Shown: positions 25,637-39,377, numbered from the stretch's first letter. The stretch: DNA of 64,000 nucleotides from Paramecium tetraurelia (GCA_000165425.1 CT867999.1:124001-188000), one strand, 5' to 3'. Notes: generated from the sequence alone by a model not told the origin. Numbers and translations are program-made.

Positions 25637-28600
25637 ATGCGCTTATCTTTTATTTTTTTTCCCATATTTTCATTCCAAATGACTCTATACTATGAGGCCT
25701 TTACAAATCCTTCATTTGTCACTAGTGAAGGTATTCAGAAATATTTTAATTTTAGGCTGGACTTTATCAAATGCTTTAAGTACATATTCTGATTGCTCTG
25801 GAACAAGAATTTTAGGAGGGTACAATGCCTTCGGAAGTAAAGCCAAGGCTATGAAATTGCTCTAATTGCCTCCTCATTTTATGATATATATAACAATGTA
25901 ATTTTGGAGGTATTATGTATTATTGTATGTAGAATTGATTCTTGGGATAGTGAATTTCTGTATATAGATTTGGATGGAACTTTAAGTTATACAGCTTAAT
26001 ATGGCGTAGGACATGTATAATTATGTGGTGGTGCATAGAGTGATAGTATTTACAGTTTAACAATTACACAACCTCACGTATTTTAGTCAGTTATTATCCT
26101 TTTGACAACTAATCTTAACTCTCTTCCAAATGATGTAATTTAATAGAAATATAAGAGGAATCTTGGGGTTTTAGAGATTTTAAACTCTATCTTGATTTAT
26201 GCCCTTCTGGATGTTAATCTTGTTAAGCTAAGGATTAATTTCTGGAATGCTAAGCATGGACTATAGTTAGTTCAGCATTTCTATCAGACTAGTTATCCTC
26301 CTTTAAAACAGATGGATGGTCAATAATAAGTGGAATATAAGATAATACAGCTTGCTCTAGTAATATTATTAGTTCTAAATAGGTATTCCTATTTTTGGTG
26401 GATATGGTAAATGTGGTGTGTAATCAATAATCACTACGAATATTACTATGCCCTAACATTATTTGATTAAAATTAGATTTAGGATTGCTTATATAGATTC
26501 CTGGGATAGTGAAAATCTTTACTTTTACATTGACGGTAATTTAATATTTCAAATAACTCATAAACCTATAGTATATGGATTTAGAAGTTATTGCGGTTCT
26601 GATACTTATGATGATTATCTTCCAAATTATGAGATAAGAATGTTTCATAGAAAGGAGAGTTTGGTTATAGCTTTTACTTCAACACTTAACGAAGGGTTTA
26701 TGAATGAATCACTTGGAATTAGAGACTTTGAAATTTTTATATGTATTATATTGTTTTATAAAGATAATTAGCAGGATTGCGGCAATTTAATAAAAGAATC
26801 ACATGAATAATGCGATGACGGTAATATTTATGCATTTGATGGATGTTTTAATTGTGTATATTCTTGTGTAGAAGGGTGTTCAAATTGTATGGATGGTATT
26901 TGTTTCGAATGTGATATTGGATGGATATTCTATTTAGATTTTAATACTTGTATTCCTATTGTTGATGATACTTAATTTTAAATTTGGGAAGAATGTGATG
27001 ATACATTATAATATGAGATTTGTTTAAATGGAAAATTCTTTTGTCCATCAAATTGTAAATCTGTGTAAATTTGGTATTTGTTTATAATGTAAATTTAAAT
27101 TATGAATTAATTAATAATAGATGTGAATCTATATGTTAAAATTAATTAATACTTAATGATATATAATGTACTGATTATAATCTCCAACCATTTGATAAAT
27201 GTCATTTATGTTATTATGATCTACAATAAGGTTGTTAATTATAATCAAATGGATTTTGTATCCAATGTTTAAATGGATGGATATTCGATAAAAATTAAAA
27301 TATTTGTATACCAATATGTGGAGATCTTGTTATATTAGGTGATGAATAATGTGATATTAATAAATATACTAAATCATAATTTGGATGTAATTAATGTGAA
27401 TACTATTGTTAAGATGAATGTATTGATTGTTAATTTGGAAAATGTTATGATTGTATTCTAGGATGGAAATTAAAAAATTACTAATGTGAATCTGATTGCG
27501 GAAATAAAATAATTTAAGGTTAAGAAGAATGTGATGATATGAATTCAATTAGATTTGATGGATGTAATAATTGTAGAAATGATTGTTAAAAAGAATGTTC
27601 ATATTGTTAATAAGGAATCTGTTTGGATTGCATATATGGTTGGCATATAACTGACCATTTTATTTGTGAATCTGAATGTGGAGATAATTTAATTGCTTTA
27701 ATTTCAGATGAAGAATGCGATGACATGAATGAAATACCATATGATGGATGTTATAATTGCACTTACTAATGTAGATAAAACTGTAAATTATGTATTAAAG
27801 GGATATGTTAAGATAAGTGTGAGTCTGGATACTATGAATTAGATTATGAATGTTTGCCAATTTGCGGAGATGGTATCATAGTAGAAAGAGAAGATTGCGA
27901 TGATTAAAATGATGATTAATCTGATGGATGTTTTAAATGTAAATTTAATTGTCCAGATCATTGCAAAATATGTGAGTAAGAACAATGTAATTTCTGCGAA
28001 TAAGGTTATGAATTAAGTCCTATTCTAAATTAATGTCTAACATATTGTGGTAATGGCATGGTTTCCTAGGAAGAAGAATGTGATGATATGAATAAAGAGG
28101 ATGGAGATGGTTGTTCAAGATTTTGTAAGATTGAAAGCGATTATCAATGTAGAAATTAAAAATACAGTTTTTCGTAATGTACTTATTCTAAACAACCAAG
28201 ATTCTATCTTGAGTTTAAAGAAGAAAGAAATTAAAAATAATATGTTTCATTATTATTCACTTAATAAGTTAAGTATTTAAATTAAGATTTATATTCCAAA
28301 TATATATAAATGAATCTTATTGATTTTGACATTAATATCTATTCATTGAATCTGATTATTAATTAAGAACCAGTTGAATACCCAACAAGTGTTGGATACA
28401 TAGCAGAAATTTAAATAAATTAAGCTTTATCTGTTCGTCCTTACTTAGAAGTTATTTTAGATGAATAATTATATAATTCAGAAGACAATATACTTTTTAA
28501 TTAGTATGATAAAATATAATTAAAATAGCCTAGGTATATAGATGATTAAAAATAAGAAGCAGCTGATAGTTTAAAAATAGCAAATAAATATTTAATGAAT

Positions 28601-29725
28601 TCTATTGGAGGAATTGGCATACTTGCTTTTTTTCTAGGAAATTCATATATTTTCTCTAGTATCCTAGAGGTTTTACAATAATAATCTTATCTAAGATTTG
28701 TTAATGTTGAATTTCCTATTAATTTATTTATCTATTTTGAATCAAGTAACATAATAACTATAGAACCTATTTTACAATTCTTTAAAGTTGATTCCTTAAT
28801 GGCACCAATCTTTAACTCAATATATATTGAATCTTATGAAAAGTTGAAATTTTATGAAATTAATGCTGATCTATTAACTAACATTTAAACCTAAGTGTTT
28901 CTCATTATAGTCTTGATTATCATTCATTATTTTTGTGTTTTACTTATAATTTTTATTGATGCAAACAAAATCCAATCATTACTTTTAAAGAGTAAATTTG
29001 TTTTTAAATTACTATTTAAAATAAGAAGACTATGTTGGAACTATTAGAAAGAATTTCGAAAGAATGGGGTTAAGACTTTTCTAATAGCAAATTGTTGGGA
29101 TCTTTTTTTTACATGCTTTTTATAATTGAAATCATCGCAATCATATACCTCATTCAGATCCATAATTTGCTTAATTTTAGCATATATAATATTTTATGGA
29201 TGTTTATTAATACTTAGATTATATATTTAAAAGAATGAATTAATCAAAGAAAATTTATTTAGATATTGGATTTCAAAAATGGATTTATTTTTCACTTTGA
29301 AAAAATTAATTTTCATTTTCATTTTAGTATGCTTCCAAAAAAATGAGTAAATACAAACAATCTTATTAACATTAGTATGTCATTTATATCTATTTTATGT
29401 TATCAAATTCAAACCAATCATAAATCAAAAAGACTATTGTAATTTACTTATGATAGAAGGAAGTGCCTTTATTTTTACCCTAACATCTGCTGTGTATTGG
29501 AGCTAATTGTCTAATTTATTTACATATGATACACAGGTTTAAGTTGGCTGGGCACATATTGTATTATTGCTGTCCGTGTTAATCACCAATCTTCTTCTAT
29601 AAATAATTACTCTAGTTTAGGAATTAAGAATGTACATAAAAAAAAGACTATGGAAAAATGATTAAAAACATTTTATAAATCCAAGCCCTTACCCATTAAC
29701 TAATTTGATGGAATTTAAGTTTTGA
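25637..29725 (+). CDS. Large surface protein: two LPxH-DSWD domains, Cys-rich CGDG/EECDD repeats (DUF4215/myxococcal type) and a C-terminal multi-TM domain
   Basis: LPPH..IDSWDSE..ESWGFRDF; MPQH..IDSWDSE..ESLGIRDF; several CG(D/N)..E(E/Q)CDD.N...DGC repeats; LQQQSYLRFVNVEFPINL followed by several hydrophobic helices; frameshifts at about 27063 and 27097. Confidence 0.8.
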
Positions 29726-29949
29726 TAACAAATTTTTTCATTTATCCTATATCGTATTATGATGAAATAATTTTAGATTCAAATTTAATTTAAATTATAT
29801 ATATTATTAATTTTGTACTTCTTGTAAAAGATTTTGATTCATTTCTTTTTTTTACTTCTAAGATATCTCCACAAGCCATCATGTGACGGTGATCTACAAT
29901 TATTTAGGATTTTCAATATGGTTTTTAATACTTATGTACTTAATTGGTT

Positions 29950-31610
29950 GATACAGACCAAGAGATAGAGCAATGTGATTTTTGATAAACTAAAATTATT
30001 TTAATTAATTAAAATAGAAAAGTGAATTCAATAAAGTACTTAAAACTTATCAATTTTATACATTTCATCTATTTAAATTTTCAACTGGAGGGAACTTAAA
30101 TTTATATTTGATTAATTACATCAAATTCTGTTAAACATGGAGTATTTTCAGTTATTGTTATTGAACCCAATCCTTTTTTTGTTAGTTTAACCTACCCACA
30201 ACCATCAACTCTTATTGATTTTATTTACTACGGGATATTTCTCCTATCCAAATTTGGAGCTCCTTGACAAAGTTCTTTCATGGTTCCAGTATAATTACAT
30301 TCACTAAAAAATTATATACATTAAGCTGGAATTAGATATATTTCGACATCCTTTAAACCTAATGATTCTAAAATTAAATCATTCAGTTACCATTGTAGGC
30401 GTCATCATCTAATCCATTTGATAGATTAATAGAAAAAGAATCTGCAGTATGACTTCCTTGCAAAGTTTCCCAAAAATATCCATCATTGAAACCAGCTCCG
30501 CACATATCACTCCACCCCCAATCTAAATACCAAGTTCTCTATTTAACAAATCCAGCTACATTAATCGTAGCTACCTCTGTATCCCATGAATCAATATAGT
30601 ACACTTTTAATCTCACTTTGATTGCACTATGTCTTGGAAGGTTAGAATATGATCCATGTATTTAGCTTCCAGATCCAACAATTCCATATCCCCCAATAAT
30701 AGTTGTCCCTGAGCAGTCAGAAAGTCTATTTCCACTATATGCCCCAGTGATATACCAATTAGAAGGGAGTGATGAAAATGTTTATTCTGTGAATTATGTT
30801 TTCCATAAACAATAGGGATCTGCCGTGAAAAACAATATACTAATCATTGTGATTTCAACCATTGATGTTAGTTTTTTTAAAAAGAATTTAATAAATATGA
30901 CAACTAATAAAATCATCATTTAATATGGTTTATTTTAGAAAAAAGATATTACTAATTTTAGCCCTTTGAGCAAAGATGATGGTTATTGTGTTATAAAATA
31001 TAAATAAGGCTTAAACTAATTTGGAGGATATATATAAAATTGCTTTGATAAAACTGTATTTTGAATAAAAAATGGAGATTTATAATTATATAATATTAAC
31101 GAGTTGTTTCAAATCAAACTCTAATAGAAGAACATTAATGAGCCTTCAATTCTTAATTAATTATTTTTGAGATCAATAATAAATTTATAGCAAATTATCA
31201 TAATTTTGTCTTTTTTGATGGGATTTCTCTGAGATCTTTCTTAAATTATGTGTCTTAGGTGAATAAAAATTAATCTATTTAACTGACTGGGAATTAAGAA
31301 CTTTGCGCTTACTCTTCATATTGTTTCTTAACTGGTATTTGCTTTTCTTCAAAAAAGTCATCCACATTTATATAATTATTATTATTTTATTGTTCTTCTT
31401 CAATTATTTAATTTGTTATTAGACCATTTATTTAGTTTAATCGACAGATTTCTTTCTTCTTTTCGTTTAATAGGAGGACAAATTTTTTCAAAATCTCCTT
31501 TTCCCTCTATTGTGATTGATTACTTATAAACTCAATATCAGTTTATAACTTTTATCTTTATTAAGTCAAGTTTGTAAATTTTTCTTCTAAACTCTTATAC
31601 ATTATTTCCT
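29950..31610. repeat. Direct duplication, copy 2; right edge approximate
   Basis: Near-identical to 22314-23300, more diverged thereafter. Confidence 0.9.
30065..30862 (-). CDS. Secreted LPxH-DSWD + crystallin-like protein, paralogue B
   Basis: Same exon structure and start MVEITMISILFF as 22437-23236. Confidence 0.75.
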
Positions 31611-32117
31611 TTTTATCTTAAATCTCCTTGCAAACCCTGTAAAAATGGTCTAATGTTGAAAATGATGGATTTTCAATCAAATAGACTCGTAACAATATTA
31701 CCTCGTTCAATTTGTGTACTTTCTCAGACAATATCAAAACATAATCGCAAGGAACTTGCTCATTACCTTCACTTCTTTTAAATGAATAACTATTAAATAT
31801 AATAAATTATAATACCTAAAATCTTTATCTGGTCTTTCTAAACAGGTGATAATTTTGTCAAAATATTTTTAATCCCAGTCAATTCCTTGATTTAAGCATT
31901 CCATGCTATTCATTTCACTTTTGAAACATTTAATTCCCTATTTCTCAATAAACACATTAATCTATCCAAATGCAAATTTAATTTATTATCGTATTGGATG
32001 ATCAAATAACTTTGTGAATATATAAATAATCTATCCTTCCCTTGATTCAATTTTAAGCAGGCTTGTTTTGGTCAATGGAGCCTATTCGCCATCTTGTTTA
32101 ATTTCTTTTTTATTCAT
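31198..32117 (-). CDS. XRCC4: XRCC4-family NHEJ protein (Ligase IV partner)
   Basis: Globular head of about 150 aa, then a coiled-coil stalk containing REKEILKKFVLLLNEKKKEICRL (cf. human LYKRFILVLNEKKTKIRSL, the Lig4-binding segment); one 26-nt intron; basic C-terminus PSKKTKL. Confidence 0.8.
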
Positions 32118-32780
32118 AATTAATATTAATATTAGAATATGATCAGAAAATTAAATCAATGAAAATATTGTTGTAATTATATATTTATAACTATTTTATA
32201 TTAATTAAAAATTTTATAATTTTTTATCCAGTATAAAATATAATACATATTCTAATTAATTTGTTTTTAAATTTCTTTCATAGATAATTCAATTTAATAG
32301 GATACTTAAGAATATTATTCTAATTTATTATTATCTCTTTGTATCATAACATAATCTCTGATTAGGATTATCCATTTATTATATCTATTTATATTTCATT
32401 ATAATTGATCTATTGATTCTATTGATAGATATTTATTTAAAACAATTCCAATTTTCGGTATAACTAACTTTCATGAGAATCGGAACTCTATTTAATGAAA
32501 TATTTACATGATTAAAGTTATTGTTATTAGTTTGAATCAATATTTACATATTGCTATTAAAAAATTTGATATTTTGAATGTTTAAAAAATATCTATAGTG
32601 GTTGTTCGGCTTTGAAGGACTTTAGTTGAGATTTTTAATTTCTGTATATATATATATAATATTTATATTCTGAAATAAAATTAGATAATTATTAAAGAAA
32701 ATGAATAAACTACGAATAATTTTACGTTGACAGATATTGAAATTCAAATTTCGAATAAAATATAATGATTAATTATATAC

Positions 32781-35700
32781 TCATTTCTTTTTGGGCTTTT
32801 TATTCAATGGTTCCTCATCACTTGATTCAATTATTTACTTTCTTTATTTTCTTTTAGCGGGAGTGGCAGTCATTTATTATTGTTATTTCTCAGTGCTCTT
32901 TTTACCTGATTTTCTTTCTGCTGTGGTTTTTTGGTTAGCCTTTGCTACCTTTTATTTTTTATCTGAATCTTCACTTAAATCTAATTATAAGAAATCTTCA
33001 ATTTCATTATCTGAATCTTTTCTTTCTTTTAATGCACTTTCTTATTTTTTATCAGCAATAATTTGGTCGAAATTAATTTCTCCTTATTTTGTTCTTTAAA
33101 ATATTCTATCTGCCAAAGATGGAATGGGATTATTATCTTTACCATTAGCTGGTGTGAGGTATTTCATAAAATCTCCAAATCCATATTTCTAGAATAGATC
33201 CATCTCCTCTTTATCTTGGTTCGGAACTTTTAAAGAATCAACTGGAACACGTTGTTTTTCTAATTCTTCCTTTTCCTATTCTATTAATTTTTAATCCTCC
33301 TCAGCTTTCTCTTGTTCAGCTTTTCTCTTAATTTCAGATGCTTTTTTTTCTGAATCCATTTGAGGTACTATTCTTTTTGATTTATTGGTCTTTGTTACTT
33401 TTGATTCAGCTTTTTCAAGCTTGGATTCAGCCTTACTAGGCTTTGTATCTACTTTATTAGTTTTTGAATCTTTAGTTTAAACTTGAACTTCTTCAACATC
33501 ATTTTATTTCTAAATTCTTCTAGTATTCTTTTTTACATTAATTATTTCATCCTCACTTTAACTATCAACAACCTTTTTATTTCTTTTAGGACTGTCATCT
33601 TCTAGATCCATCGAAATGGGTTTTTCGCTTTTATTATCATCCTGATTCTCTTTTGAATCTTTTTTCTTTGCTTGCTTTTCAATCTACAATTTAAACTTTG
33701 ACTAAGGAACATCTCTTTATGATTTAATACCAAAATTGGCAAACTCCTTAATGACCTTTTTTAATACTTTTGGATCTCTAGATGGACCATCCCCGTCAGA
33801 TTCTGAATCATAATCTTCTTATTAAGCAAAATCATCCTTTCCTTTTAATACTACAGCCTTTAAATAATTTGCTCCACCTTTTAATAATTTTTCAGCATTT
33901 TTTTCTACTCTTTTGATCATTTCTTAAGTTTCCTACTCTTCAACCTTAGTTAATTCCTCTAAAAATTCGTCGAGATCCTCTGACCAGATTTATTAAGGAG
34001 TTTTCTTATTCAGAGCAGTAATTTAATCCTATAATTATTTGATTTACTATTTGAAAGCTGTTATTTTTTCTTCACTAAAATTCCACATTGGCATGCTCAA
34101 TAGATAATCATATTATTTTTCTAAGTTGTCAGCATCAAAATCTTTAGAGATTCTGGTGCTCTTTACTTTTTCCATTTTGCTAATTCCTTTGAAACCAAGA
34201 GATTATAGTTTCTTACACATTTCCATTTTCTTTAATCCTCTCAATTATATGGAATTATCTATCATTCCTTCAATAAATTTAGATTTGGATTGGACCAGCT
34301 CCAATTCATTTTGATATTTGGAAAGTAAGTATTCCTTTCTCAATTGATAAAATTTGATTCTCGTTTAATAGAACTCATCTAAGATTTCAGAAACATTAGA
34401 ATATCTTTTTAGTAAACCTTTCTCATTAAATAATACAAGGTTGGTCATTGCAATAGTGGTTTACAATTTAAAGTATTTCTCTATATCTTACTTTAATACT
34501 TCATCAGTAACCTTCAATTCAAAACAAACTTTATTACCAGCATGATATTCTTTCATGTCTAAGATTTCAGGTTCTGATTTGCCTTCAGCAACTTCCATTT
34601 TAGATTAGATGAATGCCTAATATTCCTTAACACTTTTCTTTGGAGGTATTTCAGTTATATATAAGTGATTCTTATGTTAGATGAAGGAACCTTTAGCTAT
34701 ATACTAATTGGTTCCAGCTGTAATTGAACCAGTGAATCCTTTATACCATGGTACCAACTCTTCAAACTCTTCTCCCCTCAATTTTCGCTTAATTTATTAA
34801 CATATTTCCCTTGGATTAAAGTTTGGCACTTGAGTTGACCAACCAGTACCTATACCTTCAGCTCCATTAATCAAAACCAGAGGCAAGATTGGAGTAAACC
34901 AAAATGGCTCAACAGTGTATCCCTCCTCATCTAGATAATTCAAAGTATGCAAATCATCTTCATTAAAGAGTTTGGTTGTCAGAGAACTTAATTTAGTACT
35001 TATGTATCTAGCTTGAGCTGCATCCTTGCCACCCATGGATCTAGTACCAAATTAACCTATTGGCAATAATAAATTGATGTTATTGGATCCAGTGAAATTC
35101 TATGCCATTGCCACTACTGTTTATTAAAGAGATTATTCTCCATGATGATATTATGCGTATGTAGTAACCAATCCACTTAAAGAACTAACCTTATATTCTT
35201 ATTTGCTATGATTAAGAAGAGTGTGGATGATCTTTCTCTAAGTAGGCTTGAGTCCATCGATACTAGAAGGTATGGATCTTAAGTTATCACTGATTGAATG
35301 CATTGCCAAACAATCAGTTACAAAGTTTCTGTATCGAACATTTGGTTTACTGTAATCAAGAGTGTCTTCAACTTATTTCCATGAATACTCTGAAAGCCAA
35401 TCCTTTCTTTGATCAGCCTTAGTCTTTGAGAATACCAAATCAATGTAATCTGAATCTGTTTGATCAGAGTAAGTGAACACTTTCCTATGCAATGTTAAAT
35501 TGCTGAAGTATTATTAAGCCTCTGAATCTGTTGAGGTACCTAGACCTTTGTAATATTTGACTTTGTAATCTTCCCTTGGATTTTCAGCAATAAACTTCTT
35601 GTATTCTCCTATAGAAAAGAAACTATGAAACTCTTTGCCTTTAGTTACTTTGATAATTGGTGTCACAAATTGTTTAAGAAAACCCTTCATTTTAAATAGA

Positions 35701-37293
35701 GATGGCCAAAACTTCTCAATGAAATTAATAATCAACCCTTTTATGTGATGTCCATCATGATCTTAATCAGTCATGATCATGATTGATCCATATCTTAAGG
35801 ATTTTGTATTTTCGTAGTTCTTATTGAATTGCAATCCCATTATCTTCACCAACTGTTCAATCTCTGCATTTTTCATTATCATTTGTATGGAAGCATCTCT
35901 GACATTCAATAACTTACCTCTTAAGGGGAATACTCCAAATCTGTCTCTGCCTACTATTTCTATACCAGCCATAGCCAAAGATTTCGCAGAATCTCCTTCA
36001 GTCAATATCAGAGTGCATAAATCAGCATTTTTTGTACCTGCATCATTTGCATCCTCCAATTTATCTATTCCTAATAATCGTTATTGTTTTTTTGCTGACA
36101 ATTATTTACTTAATTGTTTATTCAGTCTCGATTTAGCCTACAATATAACATTATCAATGATTTCAGTTTTTTTTATGATTTCATCTAAGAATTTCTCACT
36201 TACTTCAAATGTACTCCCGAATTTCTAGGCCTTTGTTGTTAAGGTTTCTTTAGTCTATGAATCAAAAGCAGGATTCACTATTTAACAATTTAAAAATATT
36301 TTAATGAAGCTCTTTACTTAAAATGGTTTAATGTTCTTCATCTCTTTATACTTCTTCTTAATATGATTCATTAACCCTTCAGCTATTTAATCCACTATGT
36401 AATTTACATGGGTTCCTCCTCTTATGGTGTTGATTGAATTTACAAAGGAAACCTAATTAAATTGACCATCCGATGAACTTACCAAAATTTCCCATTTGAA
36501 TGGCTTATTCTAAGATGCATATGCAAATTTCCCATTTATTCCATACAATTAAGCATAATCCTTAAAAGTATTGATTGCCACCTTTTTACCATTCAAATAT
36601 ACAGATATTGGCAATATTCCTGCTAAATCAATTACACGTTTTCTACAACAAAGGAACTATGTCCGATAATCTATCTTGTCTAGAAGTTCTTTAAATCAGG
36701 CTTGAATGTTATTTCTTGTGTAAGGGCTTTTCGTTTGTATTAGGTGATTTCCGGGCTATGTATGTTTCTTTCATGTTTCTTCTGTCCAAACCATTGTGAA
36801 CCTTCTTTGGATTGATGAATGGTTTCCACCCTTGAAATATTGAACTAAAACAAGTTTGGCTAACTTTGTCTCCAAAACCATTTCTACCTCCTGTCACTTT
36901 CTATTCAGAATCATCATAATTCGAAGATGTGAGTAGTCTTCCAAAAATCATCTCTGGTACATAGATGTTGTATTGTTTATGAATTTATATTGGAATACCT
37001 GCTCCTGTATTCTCTACCATTATAGAATCATTATCTATTGACACAGATATACGATCTGTAGATTTATCTCTCTAATAATTGTCTGCTGCATTCACCAATA
37101 TCTCATCAAAAATCTTGTACAATCCTTAACAATAACTAAATTCCTCAAATTTGAATGAAATTTAATCACTATCCTCGCAAATCCATAATTCTTAATCTGA
37201 AATCTCCACACTCCCTATGTAAGTATCAGGTCTCAATAAGATGTGTTCAACCTATGAAACCATCTTATAAACATCCTCAACGTTCTTAGACAT
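32781..37293 (-). CDS. TOP2: DNA topoisomerase II; locally frameshifted at about 36650-36880
   Basis: EHILLRPDTYIGS, DEILVNAADN, TGGRNGFG, LILTEGDSAK, PLRGKLLNV, IMTDQDHDG, YYKGLGTS, GGKDAAQARY, NGAEGIGTGWST. Confidence 0.97.
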
Positions 37294-38499
37294 CTTTTAA
37301 ATAAATAATTTGGAGGGATTAATAAAATTAATAAATAATAACAGGAAAATTATTACTGCAAATAATTTATTATAGGTGTAATTAATATTAAAATAAAATT
37401 ATCAAATAAATTAAAGATATATACTATCCAATATTGGTTTATAATATCATTTTGGTAAATTTATTATTTCGAATTGTCTTGCAATTAAATTATGTATTTG
37501 GAAATGTAAGTTTATAACAGAAAAAAATAATATTATTTCTTTATTATTGAAGAAACTAATATTATAATTTGAAATTTTAATTTAATTGCAATCAATTATA
37601 GCCATTTATATTTAATGATCGTTTTATATTTGAATAAAATAAGAAATACTAAAGCATTTATTTAAATAATCATGATTATTCTTTTTCTTTTGATTGGTTA
37701 TAACCCTTTATGATAATAATGTCAAAGACTAAAATATTATATCATCAGCTTATTACCAAATTTTACTCATCAAAAAACATCATTATCACTTAGAATCGTA
37801 GTATATTTTTTAATTCACCTAACCTAAAGATAATTTACTAATTTTAATATCCTAATTGGGTTGAGTATTCTTTTAATTTTCATATTATATAATTTATCTA
37901 TTAAATACTAGACATTCTTAACCAACTAGTATTTTATTCTTTTTATGTCCATTAAAAAAAGTAAGATTTTAATCTTAATATGATAAGGTAAGAAATAAGA
38001 CAAATTTTATGAGTTGTCAATCTTTATTGTTATATCTGTTACATCAATTTTTACAATATTTATAATTTAAAATATTTGTTTCACAAAATGATGGATACAT
38101 CATAGTCATAATAAATAAAACTATTCCTTTAATGTAACAAGTTGTTCAACTTATTTTTTAATAGTAAAATACCACGTTTGTAGAAATTCTAGAATTTTGA
38201 AGAATTAAACTTCTTATTGATAAAAATTATTTAATTTTTATTTTGATTTACCTATTGAAATAACGTAATTTATTAATTTGAGAATTTATAACTATTGATT
38301 TAGAAAGTGATGGTTGGGAATTAATATCTAATATTTAAACTCATTGAAAAATGGTAGTTAATTTGAATCCTTAAATTTATTTACCAAAATGGAAAATTAT
38401 TAATTTGCCTTCCATAAGTCCACTGTATTGTAATGATTGAATTTATATAAATTTAACAAATGAATTAAAATCAATGTCACCAGAGTTTACCTCTGAATT

Positions 38500-39108
38500 T
38501 CAGAGCAAATGCTTTGACAATTCACCAATGAAACTTTTGGTTATTTCTGTAATTTCAGGAAATAAGTTTATTGAAGATATCAGTTATTTCAATTCTTCTA
38601 ATTTCTCATTATTAGGCTATAGTATTGAATTTTTTAACTGTTGAGTAGTGTCTTGATTATTCGGGTTCAATTCTTAACTTCCTTTTCTTTCAAACAGCCT
38701 ATTCCTTAAGTGTTTGTAGTATCTATTTTTCACCATGCTGTATGACTTGCTAGGGAAGAAACTAGCAATCTTAACAAATTTAGGTCCTAATTCTTTGACA
38801 TATTAAAGGATGCTTTCATCTTCTTCTTTAGTAAATTAAGAATTTTATGATATTTTTTGTATTTTATAATAGCATAATTCTCTCTTTCTTTGTCTTCGAT
38901 TCATTGATTAAGAAGGTCTCCTTGGAGGAGAGTATTCCTCATATCGCCAAGCCCTAGAAGGTATACGCTTTTCTCTTTACATTAATTAATAATAAATATG
39001 AATTAATGAAAAAAATCGCTCTTCAACCTTTAAACCATTGAAGAACTTGAACAATTCAGTTTATTGGTCCAAATTTTATTCGGAGCATTCATCATCCAAA
39101 GGGTTCAT
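38500..39108 (-). CDS. Single-repeat Myb/SANT DNA-binding protein
   Basis: FTKEEDESILQYVKELGPKFVKIASFFPSKSYSMVKNRYYKHL. Confidence 0.8.
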
Positions 39109-39377
39109 GCACTTATAAATCTGACTGAAATTTAAGTAAATTTTATTATGTTGAACTGGGTGATATTAATAATATACTGTTTGTGATATTAAGGTAATAA
39201 AAATATTAGTAACTAATTCCTATGCAATTATTATCACTAAGGAAAAGTCTTGAGATGTGAATAAATCTCAATTATCAAACATGACAGTAATAGTTTTAAA
39301 AAAACTAATTGTACTATTATTTGAATAAATAATATTTGCAATTAATACCATATAGGCAATATTAATTATGTATATAA

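Noticed and set aside
26780..28140. Periodic repeats as a CRISPR-like or DNA repeat array
   Set aside because: They are protein-level Cys-rich repeats within one CDS
32120..32780. AT-rich spacer between XRCC4 and TOP2 as a hidden gene
   Set aside because: No supportable frame or motif
32791..33099. Hydrophobic plus-strand ORF
   Set aside because: Antisense of the charged TOP2 C-terminal tail
37300..38480. Long AT-rich stretch as a retained IES or transposon
   Set aside because: No interrupted gene, convincing TA-bounded inverted ends or transposase motif visible; germline versus somatic reads would be needed
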